The translations under genes were made by a program, and so were the position numbers. A stretch of DNA of 49,792 bases from Clostridia bacterium (GTDB lineage Bacteria > Bacillota > Clostridia > Christensenellales > UBA3700). Below, in pieces: positions 8,897 to 18,482 of the stretch. Location: positions 1-49,792 of the forward strand of contig JAIDUT010000044.1 in assembly GCA_029060065.1 (NCBI GenBank), in the 5' to 3' direction. Below the pieces are notes generated by a model. It was not told the DNA's origin. It saw only the letters and a list, made by a program, of their open reading frames with translations, and did no database searches. Within the stretch, counting starts at the first letter, position 1. The number at the start of each line of letters is the position of its first letter.

Positions 8897-10501
8897 ATGT
8901 ACGAATTAAAAAGACATAAAAAAAGTGATAAAATCAAGTGGATATTTACGAGCATAACGTTTTTGCTTATTTCTGTAATGCTTGTTGGTTTTGGGTTGCA
9001 ACTCTTTGGCACAGGCAAATTAAAACCGTCCGAGTGGTTTACAAAATCTAATACCGAGGAAGTAATGTCGGGCAATGTTGAAAACGAAATGACGGCAACA
9101 TCTTCCGTTACTCCTCTTTCTATGGCGGTTTCGACAACTGTTGAGCCACGAGCAAACAATTATTCTTTACCTTCTTGGTGGAACGAAGGTAATGGTCCGG
9201 TAACAGGTTATTATTGTATATCTAGCAATGTTGGGAATTTGAACGATTTTGTTGGTTGCGTTGACCTTAGAAGCACTGAAGTATTTGGCAAGTCGGAGTT
9301 TGACGGATATGATAACGCTTTTATTTTTACTGCTCCTTCGTTTGACGGATATTCTGTTAAGAAATTGAGTGTTGATATTTATGGTTGTAGTTACGACCCC
9401 GGAAATGGTCGTTGCCCAAGTATGCCGTGGAATGCTCATAGCGACTATTGTGAATTTACTCCTAATTCTTTTTATGATACTCTTAAGTATTCATTTGAGT
9501 GTTCTTCGATAGGCAATGATAGATATACTTGCGGTGAATTTTACAACCCTTGGCGTGACGCTATTGGTATGTACATAGATTCTCTTCATTTTCTTTTTAA
9601 TATTGAATATGAGTTCGCAAAAGAACCTATTCCCCTTCCTGATAGTCCTGTAAAAGAAGGTTACACTTTCGTGGGTTGGTATTATGACGAGGCATTTACT
9701 AAACCTTATGATAATAAGCCTATTTTTGAGGATACCAACCTTTATGCAAAATTTGAAATTAACCGTTATAATGTCACTTTTAATTCAAATGATGGAAGTG
9801 ACGTTGCAAGTCAAGTTGTAGATTGGAATACGGTAGCAAACCTCACTACGCCAACACGTGACGGTTATGCTTTTAAGGGGTGGTATTTGTCAGACGGAAC
9901 GCAATATACAAACCAACCTATTAAAAGCAATACTACGCTTACGGCGCATTGGGAAAGGAATAGGTTTACAGTTACATTTAATACTGACGGCGGTAGTGAA
10001 ATTGAAAGTCAAACAGTTAGTTTGAACGCAAGCGTACAATTATCTACTACCACTAAAAAAGGCTTTAATTTTGTTGGTTGGTTTTTACAGGACGGAACGG
10101 AATATACAAATCAACCTATAACGGACGATATTGAACTTACGGCACGTTGGGAAGTGATTATATGTACTGTAACTTTCTATGTTGACGGTAAAGTTTATGA
10201 GGTTAAAGAAGTGGAATATGGCACTGCCCTGTCAGAGGTAGTTGAAGTTGCGTCTACAATGAACTTGCAAGTAATGTCACTGAGTTTAAGCGACGATACG
10301 CTTATTGGCGAAGTCGTTGACGAAATGAATACCGTAATAGGCGATTTAGATGTAACTGTCGCGATAATGAATGGTAAGGACAAAATTGTAAATACCGTTA
10401 AAAACAATAAATGGGCTGTTGTTGGCGGTCTTGTTGGTATTGTGGTATTGATTGTAGTCGTAATGGGTATTAGCAGTAGTGTTAAACGCAGAAAGCGTTA
10501 A
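8897..10501 (+). CDS. Membrane-anchored surface protein with InlB-B / Listeria-Bacteroides repeats (candidate adhesin or spike)
   Basis: N-terminal TM, repeats PVKEGYTFVGWY / PTRDGYAFKGWY / TTKKGFNFVGWF, C-terminal TM followed by KRRKR. Confidence 0.8.
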   Translation: MYELKRHKKSDKIKWIFTSITFLLISVMLVGFGLQLFGTGKLKPSEWFTKSNTEEVMSGNVENEMTATSSVTPLSMAVSTTVEPRANNYSLPSWWNEGNGPVTGYYCISSNVGNLNDFVGCVDLRSTEVFGKSEFDGYDNAFIFTAPSFDGYSVKKLSVDIYGCSYDPGNGRCPSMPWNAHSDYCEFTPNSFYDTLKYSFECSSIGNDRYTCGEFYNPWRDAIGMYIDSLHFLFNIEYEFAKEPIPLPDSPVKEGYTFVGWYYDEAFTKPYDNKPIFEDTNLYAKFEINRYNVTFNSNDGSDVASQVVDWNTVANLTTPTRDGYAFKGWYLSDGTQYTNQPIKSNTTLTAHWERNRFTVTFNTDGGSEIESQTVSLNASVQLSTTTKKGFNFVGWFLQDGTEYTNQPITDDIELTARWEVIICTVTFYVDGKVYEVKEVEYGTALSEVVEVASTMNLQVMSLSLSDDTLIGEVVDEMNTVIGDLDVTVAIMNGKDKIVNTVKNNKWAVVGGLVGIVVLIVVVMGISSSVKRRKR

Positions 10502-10513
10502 GCGAGGTGCATA

Positions 10514-11041
10514 ATGAAAACGTTGAGTAAAGTTATAACGTGGGTATTAGTTGCCATTGTTCTTTTAGGCGTCGTGGGTATGCTCTACTCTTTTATTGGA
10601 AACGGTCAGCGCAATTTTTACATTCGATACGGAAGCGAAGTAATGCCTACTTCCACAGACAATTTAGCCTTTGAAAAAGATGCTTGCAATGTTATTTATT
10701 GCGGTACTCTTACAGGGCAAAAAGTTGAGTATACGGTAACAATAGCATTGGACACGTCGAATATGTCTAATACTTCATTTAAGTTGAATGATAGTTCCGC
10801 TGACTTCAAATATGATTTGTACGGCTATGATTGTACCGCTTTATTTAACGTTGAAGTATTTGACGATTACTTTGTATTCTTCATTCCCAAAGATTTGACT
10901 TTGACTAAAATTTTGCAAAATAAGTATTCACAAGATACCATTACTGACGTAGTGGACGTTGATTTGTGGGAAAAGGACTATTTCGTATTGACTGTTACGG
11001 ATAAGGTCGAACGTAGTAGCACAGTAATTAGATTTCATTGA
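10514..11041 (+). CDS. Membrane protein with N-terminal TM (175 aa)
   Basis: GAGGTG RBS; hydrophobic residues 7-29. Confidence 0.75.
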   Translation: MKTLSKVITWVLVAIVLLGVVGMLYSFIGNGQRNFYIRYGSEVMPTSTDNLAFEKDACNVIYCGTLTGQKVEYTVTIALDTSNMSNTSFKLNDSSADFKYDLYGYDCTALFNVEVFDDYFVFFIPKDLTLTKILQNKYSQDTITDVVDVDLWEKDYFVLTVTDKVERSSTVIRFH

Positions 11042-11049
11042 GGTAACGT

Positions 11050-13038
11050 ATGCAAAAAGCAAGAAAACAATTATATATAAAACTGATTGTACTACTCCTT
11101 TTGGCGTTAGTAATTTTATCGTTGATTTGCAGTAATATATCAACTGCGTTTGCCTCGACGGACAACGTAATGCAATTTGATAGTACAAACGTATTGGACG
11201 ATTTGAAAGGTGGTACAATAGGCGGTAAATCATTTGATTTGGCTGACTATCCTTATGACGAAAAAGTTAAGCCACAAATAATTGGTTTAGTGGAATATTG
11301 TTATAGTTATTATGAAAGTCGTCAATCAAACTATGGTTTGTACGTTTACATATATAATCCACAAGGTCGTGATTTTGATACAAATACCGACCGCAATAAA
11401 ATTTCACTTTCTTATGGTGATAATGCAAGTTATAACAAATATGCTTTGAAATATCTTAACTGCTCTATTGCAAAAGGTACGGAAGGGCTTTTTTATAAAT
11501 TCAAAGTAAATCTATCGGAATTTGAACGCGCTTTGATTTTGAACGGTGTAAAACAAGCAGAACGTGTATATAAGATTGCAGGGCTTGAATTGTCTTTGAA
11601 AAATGAAGTAACTGACTATGCAGTAGCACAAACATATAAATATAGTGGATATTCAAAGGGTTATGCTCCGTTTGAGGGCGCGGAAAGCACGTTGTCGTGT
11701 GTTGTTGACGGTATAGATAAATATTTGCAATTAAACGTACATTCTACATATTGGCGTCCGTCGGGTACAAATGGCGATTCGTATTCACGTGATACTTTAC
11801 ATTCTGTTTATTTTTCAGTTCCAAACTATTTGATTGAGGAATACGGCGAAATGACGGCTGTACACGCTACTTGGTTAAATGCTCTTACCTCTCCTGTGTT
11901 TGTTACAGGTAATGAAACTGTATATAATGAGATAAACAAGTATTTGGGAAAATATGTTGACGGCGGTAAATTTCAACTTTCAAGTAGTGATAACTCTAAT
12001 ACTGATTTGAAATACGCTCTTATTGCCTCAAAGTTGATTGAGAGTGCAACTTGGAACAATGCTTCGTATGGCAGTTCTTATATAAGTTACAATGCAAATC
12101 GAAAGTATACAAGTTCGGACATTGACATTTATACACTTGCGTATTGCTTTCTTGCTGATAGCGTTTCGGGCGAACGTAATGCGGATAATTATGTTTTGCC
12201 CGCCGAAATGCTTGTTGGCGATAAGGAAAAAAATATAAGAGGTTGGTTTGAAACCTATACTGAAAAATACGGTGGCGAACTTGTGAATAATCGTTTTAGT
12301 AAAGATTTATTTGCGGAAGTTGCCGACAGTTTTACTGATATAACGATACGCAAAGACGATACATTTACATTGACTGACGAGGTGATCTCACAGAGTTTAT
12401 GGCAAAAGTTCATCGGTGGTGGCTATAACGTAACTGGTCAAAATCAGTATAACGTATCTGCTATTAAACGTGTAGATAATACCGATTTTAAGGCAACAAA
12501 AACGCAGACTTGCGACGGGCTATACATAAATGAAAGTGACTATGACGAATTTAAGAAGTTTTACGATAATGTTACTAGCAAAGATAAGCCCGAAACGGTT
12601 TACTTATTTAGATATTATCAATCGTCATATACGCATAATGAGGTTGCAACATATACAAGAGGAAAGGACGACGCTTTAATAAAAAGTTTTGCTTATAACT
12701 TTGTTGATACAAATGCGTACTTTATGCAAATGTGGGTACAACTTGACTTTGATATTATTGACGTGACTTTTACAAAGGATAACGTTGATACTGTTATTCC
12801 AGTAGTAATGTCGCCTGTCGATTTAGCGACTGACGGCGATACTACACTGTTTCCAAACAATGACAAAGACAATTGGTTGAAAATAGTTATTGCGGTTGTT
12901 TCGTTTATTCTATTGTGTGTAATTTTTGCGCCTATATTGCCGTATTTAATTCAATTTATTATAGGGCTTATAGCACTACCCTTTAAGTTGCTTGGTGCAG
13001 TATTTAAGGGCATAAGTAAAGCCGTAAGGCGAAAATAA
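11050..13038 (+). CDS. Large exported protein with signal peptide and C-terminal membrane anchor (662 aa)
   Basis: Signal peptide ending AFA-S; long C-terminal hydrophobic segment and basic tail VRRK. Confidence 0.8.
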   Translation: MQKARKQLYIKLIVLLLLALVILSLICSNISTAFASTDNVMQFDSTNVLDDLKGGTIGGKSFDLADYPYDEKVKPQIIGLVEYCYSYYESRQSNYGLYVYIYNPQGRDFDTNTDRNKISLSYGDNASYNKYALKYLNCSIAKGTEGLFYKFKVNLSEFERALILNGVKQAERVYKIAGLELSLKNEVTDYAVAQTYKYSGYSKGYAPFEGAESTLSCVVDGIDKYLQLNVHSTYWRPSGTNGDSYSRDTLHSVYFSVPNYLIEEYGEMTAVHATWLNALTSPVFVTGNETVYNEINKYLGKYVDGGKFQLSSSDNSNTDLKYALIASKLIESATWNNASYGSSYISYNANRKYTSSDIDIYTLAYCFLADSVSGERNADNYVLPAEMLVGDKEKNIRGWFETYTEKYGGELVNNRFSKDLFAEVADSFTDITIRKDDTFTLTDEVISQSLWQKFIGGGYNVTGQNQYNVSAIKRVDNTDFKATKTQTCDGLYINESDYDEFKKFYDNVTSKDKPETVYLFRYYQSSYTHNEVATYTRGKDDALIKSFAYNFVDTNAYFMQMWVQLDFDIIDVTFTKDNVDTVIPVVMSPVDLATDGDTTLFPNNDKDNWLKIVIAVVSFILLCVIFAPILPYLIQFIIGLIALPFKLLGAVFKGISKAVRRK

Positions 13039-13057
13039 AATAGTGAGGTAAATATAA

Positions 13058-13507
13058 ATGATTTGGAATAAACAAACGGGTAAAAAATATTATTCTGTTC
13101 AAGAAAAGATAAAGCATTATAGTAGTATGCTTGAAAGAAAAGATATTTCTTTAGATAAGAAGAAACTTGCTAAACAAAGGCTTATTGAATTGAAAGCAAT
13201 AGATAATTGTTTGTATGACGAGCCTACAATGATTATTACTGACGATAAATATTTTGGTAATCCTAGTTCTAAACTTCGTGCTTGCGTCGTTGTGGGCGTA
13301 GACAACAAACAACAGTTATTGGCTTGTCCTGTACGTAAAAGAACAATTAAAACTGTAATTCTTGAAAATGATACTGATAGACAAATGGACAGTACAGTTA
13401 AAATTCTTAAACGAAAAGACGTTTATGAAACAAAGAATATAAGTGGTTTGGCTTCTTTGACAAGTGGCGATAAGAAAAAGATAAAAGCAATTCACGGTAA
13501 AAAATAA
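13058..13507 (+). CDS. Basic protein, possible PemK/MazF-fold nuclease
   Basis: KLRACVVVG resembles the K.RP.VVV signature, followed by LLACPV; weak similarity by eye. Confidence 0.45.
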   Translation: MIWNKQTGKKYYSVQEKIKHYSSMLERKDISLDKKKLAKQRLIELKAIDNCLYDEPTMIITDDKYFGNPSSKLRACVVVGVDNKQQLLACPVRKRTIKTVILENDTDRQMDSTVKILKRKDVYETKNISGLASLTSGDKKKIKAIHGKK

Positions 13508-13665
13508 CAGCGACTTGTTGGGTCGCTGTCGGTGGACTTATTACCACTCACCGCTGTTGAGAAGCGGTGCCTACTGACTAATAGGTATTACCTTTCGTGG
13601 TCGGTAAGGCAATTATATATGATTATTGTTGTAAAAGTCAAACAAATTTACAAAAAAAAATAAAT

Positions 13666-13683
13666 TTGAAAGTGTACTTTCAA
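13666..13683. promoter_or_regulatory. Palindrome TTGAAAGT-NN-ACTTTCAA, copy 1 of 4
   Basis: Also at 18160-18177, 19472-19489 and 23379-23396. Confidence 0.7.
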
Positions 13684-13695
13684 AAAGGAAAGAGA

Positions 13696-13923
13696 ATGAC
13701 AATGAGAGATACGGCAAATTTGATTAAAACGCAAGAGCAATATGAGAGTTTGAAAACTCTATGCGCCAACGAATTGGGAACGACTACGGATAACGTGGAT
13801 ATAGGACTTATTGCGGATATAGGCGACGGCAAATATAAAATAAAGGTAGTGTACAAACATAGTTATTTATACGCAATGATATATGACGGAAAAAGAATAA
13901 CGGAATACGTGAGGTTGATATAG
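13696..13923 (+). CDS. Hypothetical protein (75 aa)
   Basis: Start reset to ATG 13696 after AAAGGAAAG. Confidence 0.65.
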   Translation: MTMRDTANLIKTQEQYESLKTLCANELGTTTDNVDIGLIADIGDGKYKIKVVYKHSYLYAMIYDGKRITEYVRLI

Positions 13924-13925
13924 TA

Positions 13926-14141
13926 ATGAAAGTAATTGATTACGTAGGCTGGATAGTTGGTTTTTTGATTGGCGTTGGTGTGCCTAGTTTGATTTTGTTT
14001 ATTGTCAATTATGCAAAAAAGCATAAAGGACAGCAACCGTCAAAGGGTGTTAAAACGCTAATAAGATTATTAAACGTAATAATTTTTGTAGTGGTGTTGG
14101 CGGAAATAGGTTACTTTATCTATACGGGGGTACGACTATGA
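13926..14141 (+). CDS. Small two-TM membrane protein (71 aa)
   Basis: Two hydrophobic helices separated by a basic loop; ATGA overlap with the ATPase gene. Confidence 0.7.
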   Translation: MKVIDYVGWIVGFLIGVGVPSLILFIVNYAKKHKGQQPSKGVKTLIRLLNVIIFVVVLAEIGYFIYTGVRL

Positions 14142-16315
14142 ACGCTAACGGAAACGGAAAAAGACGCTTTAATTATCGTCATATAATTTGTGTAATGATA
14201 ACGCTTGGTTGCTTGGCTTGCTCGTTGTTCCGCTATTCAAGTGCGCTTGGTAGAATCATTGAGGGCGGACGTGATTTTGGGCTTTCTATTGCCTACTATT
14301 TTTGTGAAATGTTTGGTATTGAGCATAATATCACGCCAACAGTCAATGACTTGCCAAAGATACCGTTTTTCGACTTTGCGCAATCTCCTGCGCCGTCAAC
14401 TCCTCTGCCCGATACTACTGACGGCTTTAAGGCGAATTGGACGGTATATTGGCAGTTGTGGGCTACGAAAGCAAACTTTATGGGATATTTGTCGTTCCTT
14501 GGCGACGTACTTTTTTATACTTTTTGTTGTACAATTACAATCATATTGCCACTTGTAGGCGGTTTGTATTTGTACTTAAAAAGATACTTCAAAAAGGTAA
14601 ATAATGATTACAACAAGGATAGCCGTCCGCTAAAAGTGTGCAAATGGCTTACGGCTCATACATACTCCCCCGTCAAAAGATTTGTTGTGGGGCTTTGGGC
14701 TTTTATAAAAGAGCATAAGCAGTACGTCATAGTGTGGGGCTTTATATGGGCGTTTAACTTCAATATAATTGCAATCGTGCTTGAATTTTTGGCATATTAC
14801 TTTTATTTTGTAGTGTCCTTTGACGTAGCGAGTATTTATCGGCAAGTATACAAACTATTTCTTGACCTGTCAGTACCGTTAAAGGCTATACCCGTATGGG
14901 CTTGGGTAATGATAGGGCTTGGGTGGTTTGACAACTTCCGCAAAAAAATAGCGTACGCAACTCTAAATCATTACGAAATGCGAAATCGTGGCTTTGTCAA
15001 CGCCCGTCCTATCGTATTTATGACGTGCGGTACAATGGGAAAGAAAAAGACAACGACGATAACGGATATGGGGCTTTCGCAAGAGGTAATGTTTCGTGAT
15101 AAAGCATTGGAAAAGTTGCTTGAAAACGACTTAAAATTTCCATACTTCCCTTGGATAAATTTGGAAAATGAGTTAAAACGTGCAATGCAATACCACGAAG
15201 TATATAATCTTGCTACGGTGCGAAAATTCGTCTATAAAAAGGCGAAAAGGTGGCAAAAGACTAAAACGCAAAGTAAACTCTTTGACTATGAATATGAACG
15301 CTATGGGTTTACTTACGACGATAAATTGAAAATTGTCAACGTGTGGGAAGTAATTGAGAATTACGCTCAACTATACTTTATCTATATAATACAGTCGTCT
15401 TTGATTATTTCTAATTATTCTATACGTGTGGACGCTGTTTTGAGTGATTTAGGCAACTTCCCTATGTGGAATAGCGACTTTTTTAAGCGTGATAGTAGGC
15501 TTATAGATAGTTTCTCGCGCCACTCTCATATCTTGGACTTTGACAGTCTACGGCTTGGGCGTAAAGTTGTTAAAAATAACATTAACGCAAACAACTTCGA
15601 GTTTGGCGTCGTAGTAATTACGGAAGTTGGCAAAGAGCGTGGCAATAATCTTGAATTACAAGAAAAGAAAAAGAAAGATATTGACACAAATCAAAAAAAT
15701 GACTTGTTCAATAGTTGGCTTAAAATGGTACGCCACTCCGCCACCGTAGACAACTTCCCTTTTGTAAGGGTAATCGTTGACGAGCAACGTCCTGAAAGTT
15801 GGGGTGCAGACGCTCGCGATTTATGCGAAATCGTACATATACGCGAAGGCGGAGATACACGACTTGCAATGCCTTTCTTCTCACTTGCTGAATTGCTTTA
15901 CGACTGGATACTTGGCAAGTTTTCAGGGCTATATTATCAATATAGATATGTGCGTAGTGATAAGACCGTGCCTATGTATGCTCTCAAAGCGTTTACGGCG
16001 AAAATAGACCACTACTACACGCGAATTTATAATCGTTTTGGATACTGCCGTTTGCAGGTGCAAACCGAAAGCGGAACGCAAGACGGACAACGTGACGAAA
16101 ACAAATACTATTTAATGCCTAAAAAGATTTATAGTAAGCGTTTTTCCACTGACTGTTATTCGGACTATTTTACAGAAAAAGCGTTACGCTCTCCCGTCGG
16201 TATCGACGATTTGAGGGAATACGAAACCGAAAAAGCAACGTTTAGCGAACTTCGCTTACAAAATAGTTACTTTGTCAATGACCTATTAAATGGCTTGACT
16301 GAAAATAAAAAATAA
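14138..16315 (+). CDS. Multi-TM Zot/pI-like (FtsK-HerA clade) ATPase
   Basis: N-terminal TM segments; variant Walker A GTMGKKKTT; Walker B-like VVVITE; LKMVRH...RVIVDEQRPESWGADARDL matches the RH / Q / R pattern of pI-like ATPases. Confidence 0.7.
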   Translation: MNANGNGKRRFNYRHIICVMITLGCLACSLFRYSSALGRIIEGGRDFGLSIAYYFCEMFGIEHNITPTVNDLPKIPFFDFAQSPAPSTPLPDTTDGFKANWTVYWQLWATKANFMGYLSFLGDVLFYTFCCTITIILPLVGGLYLYLKRYFKKVNNDYNKDSRPLKVCKWLTAHTYSPVKRFVVGLWAFIKEHKQYVIVWGFIWAFNFNIIAIVLEFLAYYFYFVVSFDVASIYRQVYKLFLDLSVPLKAIPVWAWVMIGLGWFDNFRKKIAYATLNHYEMRNRGFVNARPIVFMTCGTMGKKKTTTITDMGLSQEVMFRDKALEKLLENDLKFPYFPWINLENELKRAMQYHEVYNLATVRKFVYKKAKRWQKTKTQSKLFDYEYERYGFTYDDKLKIVNVWEVIENYAQLYFIYIIQSSLIISNYSIRVDAVLSDLGNFPMWNSDFFKRDSRLIDSFSRHSHILDFDSLRLGRKVVKNNINANNFEFGVVVITEVGKERGNNLELQEKKKKDIDTNQKNDLFNSWLKMVRHSATVDNFPFVRVIVDEQRPESWGADARDLCEIVHIREGGDTRLAMPFFSLAELLYDWILGKFSGLYYQYRYVRSDKTVPMYALKAFTAKIDHYYTRIYNRFGYCRLQVQTESGTQDGQRDENKYYLMPKKIYSKRFSTDCYSDYFTEKALRSPVGIDDLREYETEKATFSELRLQNSYFVNDLLNGLTENKK

Positions 16316-16337
16316 AATATGTGAGGTAAAAAAAAAT

Positions 16338-16613
16338 ATGTTTAATTTAGCGGACAAAATTAAGTACTACAAAAGAAGATTTGTACTTGACGACGATAAT
16401 AAGCGTGGTTACGCTAGGGGTTTTGTCAATGGTGCTAGTGTAAATCATACGAAAGCGCATAATATTGACGATAAGAAAGAATTATCGTTGTCATATCGTG
16501 AATTAAAAAAAGCGAAAAATGCTGACGATAGGCGTATTATACTTGCTGATATTTGCTATTTGAAAGGCTGTTTGCAGGGTTATAATGAAAAAATGAAAAA
16601 CGATAAAAAATAG
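16338..16613 (+). CDS. Small basic hypothetical protein (91 aa)
   Basis: GAGG RBS; GYARGF and YLKG motifs. Confidence 0.65.
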   Translation: MFNLADKIKYYKRRFVLDDDNKRGYARGFVNGASVNHTKAHNIDDKKELSLSYRELKKAKNADDRRIILADICYLKGCLQGYNEKMKNDKK

Positions 16614-16869
16614 AAGGTGTTATCCTTTTAGATTGCGGAGGCAAAAGAGAAAATGCAATACATAATAAAGCAAGTGAACGGTTTTCCGTAGCACAATGCA
16701 AAGACGAAAATGCAACTAAAAAGGTGCTATCCTTTTGAGTTGCTTTCGGCAGGGCAAAAGTAATACGGAAAATGCGAACTGTCAAGCACATCGTGAAATA
16801 AAAGCGTAGCGATTATGTCGCGAAAGGTGCTTTACAGTACGCAAGTAAACGACGATAGAGGTAATAACT

Positions 16870-17841
16870 ATGGAATACGCAAACTTGATACCTATTGAGA
16901 ATATGACGGACTACCCGTTTCCATTCTTTGACGAGCCTATCCCACCTACGGAAACTTATTACAAGGTTTATAACGACGGTGGGCATTACATAGCAACACG
17001 TATTTATCGCAGTCAAGCGAAAGCAAAATCGCATAATAATACGCAACGTGAGGACATAGACATACTCTTTGATAGCCTTTACAATGCCACTTTACAAGAC
17101 GGATTAAAAGCCGACGAACAAGTGGCATACATAAAGGCAGGTATACTCAAACTATTCCCCCATTGCTATGATTTAGACGGCTACGTTGCGGACAAACTTG
17201 AACGCAAACGGCATAATCTTTATGCCCGTAAAAAGCGTTTTCGTCGCAAGGCTAATCTCAATAAGTGGAATTACTTCGTTACGTTTACGTATGACGACGG
17301 CAAACAAGACGAGAATACGTTTAGGAAGAAGTTGCGGTGTTGCTTATCTCATTTGCATACGCGTCGTGGGTGGCGTTATATGGGCGTATTTGAAAGAGCG
17401 CCGGAAACGGGACGTTTGCACTTTCACGGACTGTTATACGTACCCGACGGCGAAATGATAGGCAACATATCAGAACGAACTGATTATAGTACCGCGCAAA
17501 GCAAAATGCAAACTACACACCCAAACGATTTTTTTGAAAAGGCTTTCGGGCGCAACGATTTTGAGGAATTAAACGAAATGGAACTACGACACGGCCAAAC
17601 GCTAAATTACATTTTGAAGTACATAGGAAAGACAGGCGAACGCATTGTTTATAGTAGAGGAATACCGACAGAAGTATGCGTAAAGGTCAAGGCTGACGAT
17701 ATAATAACGGATATGCAAGATTACGGAACAAAATACATACTTTTTGACGACGTGATAACTTGGGAACGCGACGTAATGAATTTCAAGCGAAAGCAAGTAT
17801 CAATATTTGACCTCTTATGTAATCCCCAACGGGTAGCGTAA
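16870..17841 (+). CDS. HUH-superfamily rolling-circle replication initiator
   Basis: Motif I FVTFTY, motif II LHFHGL, motif III YILKY (two tyrosines). Confidence 0.88.
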   Translation: MEYANLIPIENMTDYPFPFFDEPIPPTETYYKVYNDGGHYIATRIYRSQAKAKSHNNTQREDIDILFDSLYNATLQDGLKADEQVAYIKAGILKLFPHCYDLDGYVADKLERKRHNLYARKKRFRRKANLNKWNYFVTFTYDDGKQDENTFRKKLRCCLSHLHTRRGWRYMGVFERAPETGRLHFHGLLYVPDGEMIGNISERTDYSTAQSKMQTTHPNDFFEKAFGRNDFEELNEMELRHGQTLNYILKYIGKTGERIVYSRGIPTEVCVKVKADDIITDMQDYGTKYILFDDVITWERDVMNFKRKQVSIFDLLCNPQRVA

Positions 17842-17960
17842 GACGGTATTTAACTCAATATAAAACTGTCTAACACCTATGGTCGGCATAAGGTGTATTT
17901 TGCGTTTCTTTGAAAACTAAAATAAAGCACGTTTACGGGCTTTTAATCGCTTTCACTTTC

Positions 17961-18025
17961 GCATACAAAAAATAAAGGCGACATTTTGCAAAGCGATTTA
18001 GCGCAAAAGTCGCCTTTTTGTGTGC
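17961..18025 (+). other. Candidate single-strand origin hairpin, copy 1
   Basis: Long imperfect stem with loop AAAGCGATTTAGCG; same loop motif at 21220-21233. Confidence 0.5.
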
Positions 18026-18053
18026 TGAAAGCGGTCAGTCGGTCGGTAAAAAC

Positions 18054-18110
18054 GCGACACCTTGTACCGTCCGCCGTCAGGCGGACGCTCGTAGTAGTAC
18101 AAGGTATCGC
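18054..18110 (+). repeat. 57-bp branched hairpin, candidate double-strand origin, copy 1
   Basis: 54/57 identical to 21301-21357; directly downstream of rep; contains TAGTAGTAC. Confidence 0.7.
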
Positions 18111-18179
18111 CTAATAGCCCCTATGGTAAATTTACCATAGAATTAAGCAAAGAATTGTCTTGAAAGTGCACTTTCAAAA

Positions 18180-18476
18180 CTAGGCTTTGCAAGGCTCTAA
18201 AAGTCTATCTATCGTAACGCTATGATACTTGGCAAGGGCTATCAAATATCGTAGGGACGGAACAACCTCGCCACGCTCCCACTGACTGACATTTTTTTGA
18301 TTAACTCCCAAAGCGTCGGCTACGTCCTTTTGACTTTGCTTGCGGTCTTGTCGTAAGCAAATAAGATTGAAAGCAAGGTCAATTCTAGGCTTTGTGTTTT
18401 CGTCGGCTTGCTCTCTTTGTTCCATTAGACTAAAAAGCGATATTTTTGCCGTTGTTGTGTAAGTAGGAAATAACAT
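18180..18476 (-). CDS. XRE-family HTH regulator 1
   Basis: LRQDRKQSQKDVADALGVNQKNVSQWERGEVVPS; start uncertain, ATG 18476 coincides with the predicted +1. Confidence 0.85.
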   Translation of the reverse strand: MLFPTYTTTAKISLFSLMEQREQADENTKPRIDLAFNLICLRQDRKQSQKDVADALGVNQKNVSQWERGEVVPSLRYLIALAKYHSVTIDRLLEPCKA

Positions 18477-18482
18477 ACTTTT

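Noticed and set aside
9620-10160. DGR template/variable repeats in the adhesin gene
   Set aside because: Similarity reflects protein domain repeats; no reverse transcriptase and no adenine-specific pattern seen
13507-13607. CRISPR or mini-array
   Set aside because: Hairpins differ in sequence; no repeat-spacer pattern and no cas genes
16614-16869. c-di-GMP riboswitch (GGCAAA motifs)
   Set aside because: Required P1/P2 tetraloop-receptor architecture not found
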